Below the pieces are notes generated by a model. That model did no database searches. It was not told the origin of the DNA and worked only from the letters and a program-made list of their open reading frames with translations. Of a DNA stretch of 64,000 bases, positions 53,225 through 64,000 are shown in pieces. A program made the translations under genes and the position numbers. Source of the DNA: Octopus bimaculoides. Lineage: Eukaryota. Each line of letters opens with the position of its first letter. Position 1 is the first letter of the stretch. The stretch lies in NCBI RefSeq assembly GCF_001194135.2, contig NC_068988.1, positions 67,424,967-67,488,966 on the forward strand, written 5' to 3'.

Positions 53225-54907
53225 TTAAAACATTACATATACATATACATATATATATATACAGAGAGAGAGAGCCAGATACAGAGACAGAGTGGAAGAG
53301 TGATAGAGAGATATACATCTATATTAGCTACCATTCTTTATATAGAAATTAAACAAACGAATGACTGACTGAATGAACTTTGCTTCATGTTTTTCACATA
53401 TTCCGTTATATGATATTGTATCATGCCATTTCTTCTTGCAATGCAGGATGATGATATTTTCCACAGTACCATAGAGTGAAGGTCTATTTGTGTCAAGAAA
53501 AATTATTGGCAGTTCTTTTAGGCTGTTGCTTTGTTGAGCATCGAAGAAAACGGTTTCTCATATTTAGTTACAAGCCTGTATGTTTTCAGCTGGAATCTCA
53601 CCGGTGTCACATTTACCATTTATCCTTCTTGCTCGGATAAAATAAATGTACCAGTCAAATACTAAGTGGAATTTATTTTCCTCTAATGCATCCTGGATGT
53701 GGATGAAATTATAAAAGAAGAAAAAGGACAAGAAAAACGAGGAGAGGGAGAATAAGTATATAAGAATGAAAAGAATGAAGCAGAGAATCTAATGCATATC
53801 ATGGATGGATTACTGTCGTAACTTTTCATGGTCCAATTGTGTTTTGCTTCATCACAATTATCACTGACAGTGTAATAGTTTCGAATTCAAAGATCAGAAG
53901 AATGTATATCTTTCTTTATCTTGTTTAATGTTACACAATTCATATAGGATCAATTTTAACAATTAACGCATTTGTGAGATCTACATACTTTTGCGTACAT
54001 GAAATCAACGAAACGTTATTCCAATCACTATATTAAGGTGTTAACAACCTACAGGAATATGTGTATTAGTTATAAAATACCAAAGGCCAAGTACGAATAC
54101 GTGTCCCAGCTGCAAATTATATAATCAGCTCAGAACAAAAAACAGTCCCGGATGTACTATAGCCTTGAGTCATACCAAATTCGTTACTGTCTTAGTTTAA
54201 TCACCTACTCGACCTCCGAGTTCACTGAGTAAATTCTGTGAGTAATTAGGTTCTTATGTGTGAAATACGAACAGAGTCTAAAAAGACGTACAAGTTATAT
54301 ATCCTAAAGATTTTATCTTTCCTGCCTCAAAGCGTATATTTAATAAAAATATAATGAAATAGTTCAACTAAAGATATTTCAGGTGAAAAATTAGCTTTCA
54401 CTTCTTTCATACAATATACTGACAAGCACACGTGTCTATCGCTCATAAATACAGACAGCCATAATGACATTGTTTTTTTTTTTCTTCTTCAGAGATTATT
54501 TATCACTTTCAGCAATAAAAGCCCTGATAAAATCTTCACACAAAAGAATGGAATTGATATTGAAAATATAGTTATACGGAGATAAACAGACTTCCGTGAA
54601 ACTATAAATTTTGTTTACTGATAAGCGTTAGGAATCTGTCTGTAGATATTACTATCCTTAAGGAATATCGGAGAATTCTAGTTACGCTTCGTTATTGTAA
54701 CTTCTTTACAATTTATCTGGGGGTGACTATGTCAGCTTAATCAATAGGTGTATGCACATAGGTGATGTATGCGCGTGTGAGAGAATTGCATAGGTTATTC
54801 ATTTGCGTAATTGGTTTCTGACTAATGATCTAAGGATTTTAACAATACTACAAGGTTAACCATTTATTGGTTGGTTGAACTAATTGCAAGTGCCACACTC
54901 ACGCACA

Positions 54908-54952
<45 letters not shown>

Positions 54953-55259
54953 NNNNNNNNNNNNNNNNNNNNNNNNNNNNNNNNNNNNNNNNNNNNNNNN
55001 NNNNNNNNNNNNNNNNNNNNNNNNNNNNNNNNNNNNNNNNNNNNNNNNNNNNNNNNNNNNNNNNNNNNNNNNNNNNNNNNNNNNNNNNNNNNNNNNNNNN
55101 NNNNNNNNNNNNNNNNNNNNNNNNNNNNNNNNNNNNNNNNNNNNNNNNNNNNNNNNNNNNNNNNNNNNNNNNNNNNNNNNNNNNNNNNNNNNNNNNNNNN
55201 NNNNNNNNATATGTATATATATATGTACATACGCACATATATGTATAAATGTGCTTTTT

Positions 55260-55615
55260 GGCACAAGCGCGGCTACATAGTAAGAAGTTTGTTTCTCAAC
55301 CATATGGTTATAAGTGCAGTCCCACACTGTGGCACCTAATGCAATTAACATTTACTGTAGCTTGCACCGGGCTATAACATTGTGAGTGGTTTTAGTAGAC
55401 GGAAACTGAAAGAAGCCCGTCAAATAACTGTATGTATGTCTCTGTTTGTTCCCTACCACCACTTGACACTCGTTTCTGGTGTTTACGTTCCTGTGAAAGA
55501 GAATTATAGAATAAGTACTAAAGTTAAAGAATAAATGAGTACTAGGGACGAGTCGCTCGGCTAAAATTCTTCAAGTTGCCCCAGCATGAGCGCAGTCTGA
55601 TAACTGAAGTAAAAA
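55260..55615 (+). mobile_element. SINE family A
   Basis: Shares tagacggaaactgaaagaagcccgtc and tagaataagtact...ccagcatg...cagtc with the other copies. Confidence 0.75.
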
Positions 55616-57603
55616 ATCATATACATATATAATTAGAAAGTCAATAAAGGAAAATGGAGAAAAAAAATTACAAAGACGCTTGGTTAATTTTATTTGTATT
55701 ACAATTAGAAAAGTAAAGAAAGTGAAAAGATTAAAAGATATACCTATAAGAACAAGTATTAAAGGAGTCGCATCAACAAAATAACCCCCAAATATCCCAA
55801 AAGATATTCTACATATGTTTCAATGTAACAATGGTTTAGAATCATTAATAATTGTAACGTTTAAAGATGTAATAAGCGATATATTGTTAGATCACTTCAG
55901 GAAAAATAAGTATACATGTATGTATGTGTATGTATATGTCTGTGTGTATACACATACTAGCATATTTATACATACATACATACATACATACATANNNNNN
56001 NNNNNNNNNNNNNNNNNNNNNNNNNNNNNNNNNNNNNNNNNNNNNNNNNNNNNNNNNNNNNNNNNNNNNNNNNNNNNNNNNNNNNNNNNNNNNNNNNNNN
56101 NNNNNNNNNNNNNNNNNNNNNNNNNNNNNNNNNNNNNNNNNNNNNNNNNNNNNNNNNNNNNNNNNNNNNNNNNNNNNNNNNNNNNNNNNNNNNNNNNNNN
56201 NNNNNNNNNNNNNNNNNNNNNNNNNNNNNNNNNNNNNNNNNNNNNNNNNNNNNNNNNNNNNNNNNNNNNNNNNNNNNNNNNNNNNNNNNNNNNNNNNNNN
56301 NNNNNNNNNNNNNNNNNNNNNNNNNNNNNNNNNNNNNNNNNNNNNNNNNNNNNNNNNNNNNNNNNNNNNNNNNNNNNNNNNNNNNNNNNNNNNNNNNNNN
56401 NNNNNNNNNNNNNNNNNNNNNNNNNNNNNNNNNNNNNNNNNNNNNNNNNNNNNNNNNNNNNNNNNNNNNNNNNNNNNNNNNNNNNNNNNNNNNNNNNNNN
56501 NNNNNNNNNNNNNNNNNNNNNNNNNNNNNNNNNNNNNNNNNNNNNNNNNNNNNNNNNNNNNNNNNNNNNNNNNNNNNNNNNNNNNNNNNNNNNNNNNNNN
56601 NNNNNNNNNNNNNNNNNNNNNNNNNNNNNNNNNNNNNNNNNNNNNNNNNNNNNNNNNNNNNNNNNNNNNNNNNNNNNNNNNNNNNNNNNNNNNNNNNNNN
56701 NNNNNNNNNNNNNNNNNNNNNNNNNNNNNNNNNNNNNNNNNNNNNNNNNNNNNNNNNNNNNNNNNNNNNNNNNNNNNNNNNNNNNNNNNNNNNNNNNNNN
56801 NNNNNNNNNNNNNNNNNNNNNNNNNNNNNNNNNNNNNNNNNNNNNNNNNNNNNNNNNNNNNNNNNNNNNNNNNNNNNNNNNNNNNNNNNNNNNNNNNNNN
56901 NNNNNNNNNNNNNNNNNNNNNNNNNNNNNNNNNNNNNNATATATATATATATATATATATATATAAATGGAAGAGGAGAGAGAGAGGGCGGAGAGAGACA
57001 GAAGGAGTGAGAGCAGAGGAGATGGATATGTGTACGTATGTATAAGTATGTTTAAGTAATTATCGATCAATGAAAATGAAGAGAATGATGTGTAAACAAA
57101 ATAATATTTGAGATTAGTTTTTAATGGAGCTGAGTGCAACTTGAAATTTTGAAATTTTATGTTTTAGGACTTCAGTATCCGGATAAAATTTACGACATAA
57201 AAGAGGAAAACGTTGATATTAAATTGCAGCGATTCATACAAAAACAATAACTACCTGTCCTGATTAGTTGCAGGTACAAGAATAAAAAAAAAAAGACAGT
57301 ACAAACTATATAATAATAGGTTAACTGCGAGTAGGTTAACTGTTGTTCTGTGCAGCGAAATTCATTCATGAAATGCATTCAAATTTCAAATTTCCAAGAA
57401 AAAAAAAGAAACTCAATCTATCACAGAGCGTAAAAGAAATAAAGTAAATACAAAAGACAAAAAGAGATTGGAAGATAGAGGTTGAAAAATTAGTGTTGAA
57501 TTTTAATGCTTCCAAAATGCTAATCATTCGTAAAAGTCTTTTCTGAAATATTAAACAGCTTCAAATTTTTACCTTGTAACGCATTGATACAAATAAATAA
57601 ATA

Positions 57604-57634
<31 letters not shown>

Positions 57635-58314
57635 TGAGCGGGGAAAAAACCTCAAAATCTAAAACGAAGCACTGAAAGGAAAAGTTTTAAAAAAACCAAA
57701 GAAAGTAGTAGAGATTAAATTAATTGAAAGAAATGTATCTTAGAATAAAAAGAAAAAAGCCGTTACTAACAAATGAAGTCAGAGACATAGACAGAGTCTA
57801 TAATAGTTTAAGAAATATACCACCAAGATTGAATAACTTGCTGAATTTCAAACTACTTTGGGAAATATACTGTTTTATCCAGTAAATATTTTGCTCAGTG
57901 CAAATATGCACAGAGTATGTTTCACTTGAATTCAAGTAGTCATTCTTCAGGGACGATATGAATACATTTCCTGTTGGACACAGATAAAAACTAAGCTCAT
58001 TTCTGTAATCCGTAATTATTGTAGCGATGGAACACAAACAAAACGAAAACATTTGGAAGTTTTTTACAATATAGGGCCACTATTTTGAGTTGGAAGACAA
58101 ATGCAGAAAGAGGTTGTTCAACTGTAGATCAAGCAATCTTGATTTAACAGCCTTATGATGAAAGGCATTCCATTTATGACTATTAGATTATTTTGGACTA
58201 TATGTGCCCCCATTTTAGTAAAAAGTAGATGGATGATGTGAAGGTAAACCAACGGCAACAAACACTACAAATATAGACCGTTTGCAAGGCATATCAAATT
58301 ATGCTAATATACAC

Positions 58315-58405
58315 ATTTCATCATACATCATACATTATACATATCATCATACATCATAAGTTATACATCATCATACATCACATATCATATACACATATCA
58401 TACAT
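58315..58405. repeat. Degenerate (CATCATA)n repeat
   Basis: catcatacatcatacattatacatatcatcatacatcat... Confidence 0.85.
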
Positions 58406-59138
58406 CTGGCAACTGCCTGTGTAAACAAAAGCTCTAGCATCACTCTATCACAGGTTGTTGCCTGACGTAACTCTTGCTGTAAAACATATTTTTCCGCCCT
58501 ACTAATAAACCATTCCTTCCTAACTTTATATTTTACCTCCATTATTCGTATAATAGTATTGAAATGTTTAAGTGAAAAGGAAGTGTCCTCACACAACAGA
58601 TTCAACAGAGACGCTTCAGTCCTCTCGTGGCTATCATAGCATGTGAAAGATGTGTTGCGTTTTTGTGCTGTACTTGTTTAATCACTATTTGATCACGGAC
58701 GGGCACTGTGCATTTGTCAGTTATATTTCTTGGTGAGAAATTCCATCAGGATATTTCTACAGTGGAGAAAGGATACAAGGGATGATGGGACACTGCAATT
58801 ATGGGGAACTGTATATGGTCAATGCTGTGTACAGATGTAGGAGCTTTCAGTAAGCACGATATTCGATGCGCTTCTGGAAAAATCTTATAATCTCATTATA
58901 GCTTTAAAAATAAATATTAGGGCAAAATAATTTTTTTACTTCCTATTAATGTACAATATGAAGAAGTTGAATAAATTATTATCAGAGATAAGTTTTGTGT
59001 CCATTCTCTAGAAAACCGCAAATATCTCCTAAAATATCGATGCTGTGCAATTTTCAAGGGTAGTTTTGAAATCAGGAGCAAAATTACATCAGAAGCACTA
59101 AAAACATTTAGAGAATCAAAACTTTATTACCCAGTGTT

Positions 59139-59194
<56 letters not shown>

Positions 59195-59223
59195 TGTAGT
59201 AGTAGTAGTAGTAGTAGTAGTAG
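59139..59223. repeat. (TAG)n microsatellite
   Basis: Direct reading. Confidence 0.98.
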
Positions 59224-59973
59224 AGTGATTTTCATGTAAATGAACATGGCTGTTCATCTAAATATAAAACTGGCATCATTTCATTTTCTCACACTGAATG
59301 GCTGTATTTTAGACTTCAATTTGCATGTTACGGTTCATAAAATTAAGATGTTATTCTTCAGCTTTTTATGGCAGAAAGCGTAAAATGTTGCAGTTTCGTT
59401 CTAATTGAAATGAACCTACGACCATTAGTTACTTTTTCACTTTAAGACCTGATCCAATTAAATCTTATTCAAATTGGAACGCAAGAAGCACCTTCAGTAT
59501 TCACTGAAATCAAATTAAGACTATAAACGAAGGCAATTATCATGTGTTATTAGTGTCAGTCTCTAGGATACCTGCTTTTGTTTTCTATGTTGTTTATTTC
59601 CGAAATATCCGTGATGTCGGATTTTTGTTTCATGTATGTTTATTCAATGCTGATTTTCTACGGCAATACTTTCTCAGATTTGTGTGAGAAAGATGTATGA
59701 TTCGGATTTTGTTCGAATACATTAGGGGCAAAATTGAACTAAAATAATTAAATTGCACTTCAAATTTTCTTTGCCCTCAGCTATTCTACTCAGTGTAGAT
59801 AATTTAGTAGCAATTGCTGCATTCTTTAAGTAGTAAATTCAGAGTATTCAATTTTGTAATCAGACCCGTAAAGGTGGCTAAGGGGCTAAATCATCATATT
59901 ATGCACTCTATTATTACTGATGCTACTTCTCTTGGCTGATGAGCTCCTTTAATTAATGGTCGCCAGAATAACA

Positions 59974-60158
59974 TGTTGAACTTTATGGAGTTTTATGAGG
60001 AGCACTACGAAATTCTGTTAGATGGTGATGCATCTGCAAAAGTGCATGTATGCAATCACTCGACCTGTTAAACTTTAGGGAGTTTTATGAGGGCAGCTAC
60101 GAAATTCTGTTAGACGGTGATGCATCAGCAAAAGTGCATGTATGCAATCAGAGGACCT
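59974..60158. repeat. 92-bp tandem duplication
   Basis: Units start at 59974 and 60066 and share gagttttatgag...ctacgaaattctgttaga(t/c)ggtgatgcatc(t/a)gcaaaagtgcatgtatgcaatca. Confidence 0.92.
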
Positions 60159-61496
60159 TTTAAAATAAGTAGCAATATTTCTCTCAAATTACTCATCCCT
60201 ATCTTAAAAGTGGGGTGAGATATTGGATGGAAAATGTACTTTTGGATAATACTATTACTGCAAAATGTGTTAATGGTCATAGTTTGACTGACCGGGCGCT
60301 AAATGAGAACGACGTTAGAGAGCGCTGTTGACAACGACGACCACGACGATGACGACGGCAACAACGATGACGATGACGTGTTGCAGACGTCAAGTACTTT
60401 TTTAAATACTCATTATTCCTATTATTTTCCCATCCCCATCAACTTCTTTCAGTATGTCTCATACCTATGATGAAGAGCCATTCTAATACTTGAGCCTCTA
60501 TGAAATAACGACTGTTTGACAGAAGTAAAAAACATATTTCAGCAAAATATTCGTTTCATTCAGAATATTTCATCATCTTATAGTTTTTTGAATCGTGATT
60601 GAAATGTGAAATCACGAACTTTTTTCAAGCCTCCTAAGACTTGGAGTTAGCAGGAAGTTGTTATCGGTGAGAAGAACTGGCCTCAACGCCGGCAACAGCC
60701 TTAACACAAATAACCAGGTTGTGGAGCAAGCCCGGTGGATTATTATGTCTAACACCTAAGGACTGGAGAAACTCTCTGACGTGTACCAAGTCTTTTATGA
60801 TATCCCTTCGACTCAGGACTATAATAAAAGGCACGGGTGAAATGTAAAGCCACTTGATAGGAAAAACATCGTAACTGGACATTCCAGCTTTCGCATAGTC
60901 AGATCCTTTTAATTGAATTGACTCGCTCTTCTCATCATATTTTAACAGTTTTAATGATGTTGAAGCAGTGTTGAAGTTAGGCAAAGCCTAAGCTTAAAGA
61001 CGTTTATTTATTTATTTGGATTACAGTTATAGCTGCAGATTCTATCAAATAAAGTCTTTCCCTGCAGAACTCATCTAGATATTAGTATATCAAGTCTAAT
61101 TTTAGCATATAAATACGAATGCTCGTCTATAAGTTAAATGTTTCGTTCAGCAAACTACATTATCCACTGAGTTTAATAAGGAAAATATGACTACAGATAA
61201 ATATGAAACGAAGGGAACCCATGCACGCATACAAACACGCACAAGAATTTTATGAACAGACAAAACAATATCAACAACATGACTAACAACGATGGCAATA
61301 ACAACAACTACCACGATGGCAACACCGTGGGCATACACACAAACATAGAAAGACTTTTCGGGTCCTAGGACAATGGGCTGAGAGGATGGGCTAAGTGGAA
61401 GGCTATACTGCTGCTAAGACCCCCCCACACACACATACATACGCATACACACACACATACATACGCATACACACACATATACACACACATACATAC

Positions 61497-61721
61497 GAGC
61501 TGGCAGAAACGTTAGCACGCCGGGCGAAATGCTTAACGGTATTTCGTCTGCCGCTACGTTCTGAGTTCAAATTCCGCCGAGGTCGACTTTGCCTTTCATC
61601 CTTTCGGGGTCGATTAAATAAGTACCAGTTACGCACTGGGGTCGGTATTATCGACTTAATCCGTTTGTCTGTCCTTGTTTGTCCCCTCTGTGTGTAGCCC
61701 CTTGTGGGTAATAAAGAAATA
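61497..61721 (+). mobile_element. Well-preserved SINE (family B)
   Basis: gagctggcagaaacgttagc...B-box-like GAGTTCAAATTCC...cctttcggggtcgattaaataagtaccag...ataaagaaata; several homologues elsewhere in the window. Confidence 0.88.
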
Positions 61722-61836
61722 ATACATACGCATACACACACACAAATACGGACACAGGCGCATGCGCACATAAGGTTACACGTCATAGAAGAGCAGAATG
61801 GAGTAGGTGGAGCAAGACCACATACGAAGACGAAAA

Positions 61837-61882
61837 GTGTTACTGAAGAGGTCACATATGTGTGACGAAAGATCTCCGGACA
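61837..61882 (+). ncRNA. Minimal type I hammerhead ribozyme motif (copy 2)
   Basis: GUGUUA-CUGAAGA-G-GUCACA(UAUG)UGUGAC-GAA-AGAUCU-C-CGGACA: same helix II with a different loop, palindromic AGAUCU helix III; helix I degraded. Confidence 0.65.
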
Positions 61883-62334
61883 ATGGACATGAGTTAAAAT
61901 AATAAAATAAGAACAGTAATAAACGAGTGAAGACCAAATATATAGCGCGTGAGTTTATTTCACAAGAAAAAAATGACCATTCCGAAGAACAACATTGTGT
62001 GTGTGTGTGTGTGTGTGTGTGACTGAAATATCAAGACATCCTAATCAAGCAAATATTGTACACGGTCGGGAAATAATATGACAGACGAAGTGGAAAAAGA
62101 ATTACAATTAATCACACATATTTCATTTAGAATAAAACTAATTACGGCGTCAATATTCTTTGATACGAAAAATCCGAATACTGGACGGTATAGGATTAAC
62201 CGAGAAGATTATTGATGGATGGCTACAAAGTCGTTGAATATATTCCTATTCCTTACGTGTACCCACTACTGTATATTAACTTTCTTAATTCTTACGTCAA
62301 CTCTTTGAAACCAATATTAACAACTGAAAGAAAG

Positions 62335-62535
62335 CAGCAAGCTGGTGGAGATGTCAGCATGCTGGGCAAAATGCTTCCCGTCCGTCTTTGCGCTTTGCAT
62401 TCAAATTACACTGACGTCAACAGTGCCTTTCATCTAACCGGGTCGACAAAATAACTATCAGTTGATTAATGGGGCGATGTAACCGACTTACCCTTCTCCA
62501 AAATTATCGGTCTTGTGCCAAAATTTGAAACCTGA
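62335..62535 (+). mobile_element. Family B SINE
   Basis: gcaagctggtggagatgtcagcatgctgggcaaaatgctt...cctttcatc...gggtcgacaaaataa...gtgccaaaatttgaaacc. Confidence 0.65.
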
Positions 62536-62934
62536 AAATATGTACTTTTAAATGTATGTGTGTGAGTATTTGCATCTGGCGCAAAGACAAAGTGATTGTC
62601 CTCAGACATATATATATTTGTTTGTCTATTTCACTTTTTAATGCCATGATTTATAAAAATACTTCTCCTCACAATACTTGTGTTAGTCACGCAAAATCTG
62701 TAATACCTGACTGAACAAATATAAGGTTCGTGTCAAAAAGACGAAAACAACTTCGTGTTACTTGAAAATGATAACAGCCAATTTTTAGATGTCCAACTAG
62801 TTTGTGAATCTCTGTATCTCTCTCCTTAGTCCTCTCTCGCTCTTTTTCACTTTCTCTCTCTATCTACACACACACACACGCACACACACACACACACACA
62901 GACACACACAGACACACACACACATTATATATAT

Positions 62935-63490
62935 AGGCGTAAGGGTGGCTGTGTGGTAAGTAACTTCCTTACCAGCCTTATGGTTCCGGGTTCAGCCCCG
63001 CTGCGTGGCATCTGGAGTCAGTGTCCTCGGCTCGACGAAAGCCTTATTGATTGATTTGGTAGGCGGAAACTGAAAGAAATCCGTCGTGTATATGTATATA
63101 TATATATGCATATGTGGGCACAAGACCTCATGAAACGTGTAGAACAAAATAAAAAAAAGAAAAAGTACGAGTAAATGGAATGTGAACTATTTTTTCAAAC
63201 AACGAAAGACAAATAGAAAATAAGACGAACGACATGAAGAACGACCCTTCATTAGTTATTGACTGTTTTTCTACTCCCGTGTGTCTTTTTATCCACTCAG
63301 CCTCGCTTGACAACAAATGTTGATGTTTACGTCCTCTTAACTTAGCAGTTCGGCAAAGAGACCAATAGAATAAGTAGTAGGCTTACAATGAATAAGTCCC
63401 AGGGTGTCGATTTGCTCGACTAAAGATGTTGTTCTAGCATGGCCGCAGTCGAATGACTGAAACAAATAAAATAATAGAAGAATAAAAGAA
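62935..63490 (+). mobile_element. SINE family A with ~170 bp of intervening A-rich sequence
   Basis: Head ggcgtaagggtggctgtgtggtaag...ggttccgggttcagccc (to ~63095); tail ~63290-63490 ending gactgaaacaaataaaataatagaagaataaaagaata. Confidence 0.8.
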
Positions 63491-63520
63491 TATTGCGTGT
63501 GTGCGTGCGTGTGGGCGTAT

Positions 63521-63730
63521 AGGTGAAGTCCCGTGGCTGAAAGTTTAGTGTGTTGGATTCAAGAATGTAAGATTGTGGTTTCGACGCAGTGTGTTTTTAA
63601 GCAAAACACTTGATTTCACGTTGCTCCAGTCCACTCAGCTGGCAAAAGTGAGTAATCCTGTGACGGACCGTCGTACCCCGTCAATGTGAGAAATATATAC
63701 GCCATGGAAACCAGGAAACCATCCCTTATA
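63521..63730 (+). mobile_element. tRNA-derived SINE (family D, V-domain-like)
   Basis: gtggtttcga (partial B-box), agcaaaacacttgatttcacgttgctccagtccactcagctgg, cctgtgacggac (cf. V-domain cctgcgatggac), ggaaaccaggaaacc tail. Confidence 0.6.
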
Positions 63731-63837
63731 ATTCGGATTGATTGAAGAAAGAAACTTTACCTTTACTTTTAGCTGATATATTTGTATATTTTTATATATC
63801 TGTATGTATATCTCTTTATCTATTTACATCACTTTCC

Positions 63838-63975
63838 CACTCTCTCTCTCTCTCACCTCTCTCTCTCTCAACTCTCTCTCTCACCTCTCTCTCTCACCTA
63901 TCTCTCTCTCACCTCTTTCTCTCTCTCACCTCTCTCTCTCTCACCTCTCTCTCTCTCACCTCCCTCACTCACTTA
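63838..63975. repeat. (CT)n-derived compound repeat with periodic CACC interruptions
   Basis: Repeated tctctctctcacc units of ~13-17 bp. Confidence 0.9.
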
Positions 63976-64000
63976 GTATATATAAATATATATATATATA

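Noticed and set aside
36789-54560. Several strong + strand acceptors (near 36789, 39730, 44610, 44835, 53075, 53445, 54497) as further exons
   Set aside because: Donors are weak or frames stop; no consistent chain could be built.
57905-57960. CTGAAGA...ACTTGAATTCAAGT-GAAAC on the minus strand
   Set aside because: Six extra bases before the stem and neither helix I nor helix III pairs; treated as a chance 14-bp palindrome.
59925-59975. CTGATGAG on the plus strand
   Set aside because: No helix II closed by GAAA.

Overview
AT-rich, repeat-dense animal genomic DNA with 16 N-gaps, almost all abutting microsatellites. The SINE families and microsatellite load resemble octopus (coleoid cephalopod) sequence; this is an inference from recall, not a database match. 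Most ORFs in the supplied track are artefacts of (TA)n/(CA)n/(GA)n repeats and N-runs. Recognisable content: a decayed hAT (Buster/Charlie-type) transposase, an intact 542-bp hAT MITE with perfect 8-bp TSDs, an 81-bp Tigger/pogo-type MITE, maT-like and mariner transposase relics, RTE and R2-superfamily (HERO-like) LINE relics, and many tRNA-derived SINE copies of about four families. Most interesting: (i) two homologous short non-coding elements (~25.4 and ~61.85 kb) each carrying a minimal type I hammerhead ribozyme motif with a shared extra core nucleotide, plus three further degraded hammerhead-like motifs, two of them in elements with terminal direct or inverted repeats (Penelope/retrozyme-like); (ii) a head-to-head inverted pair of tRNA-headed elements able to form long dsRNA; (iii) a hand-built, phase-compatible chain of small + strand exons (26.5-36.6 kb), including 10-29 nt micro-exons, for an unidentified protein. 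No rRNA, true tRNA gene or CRISPR array was found. All alignments and translations were done by eye; coordinates of decayed elements are approximate.
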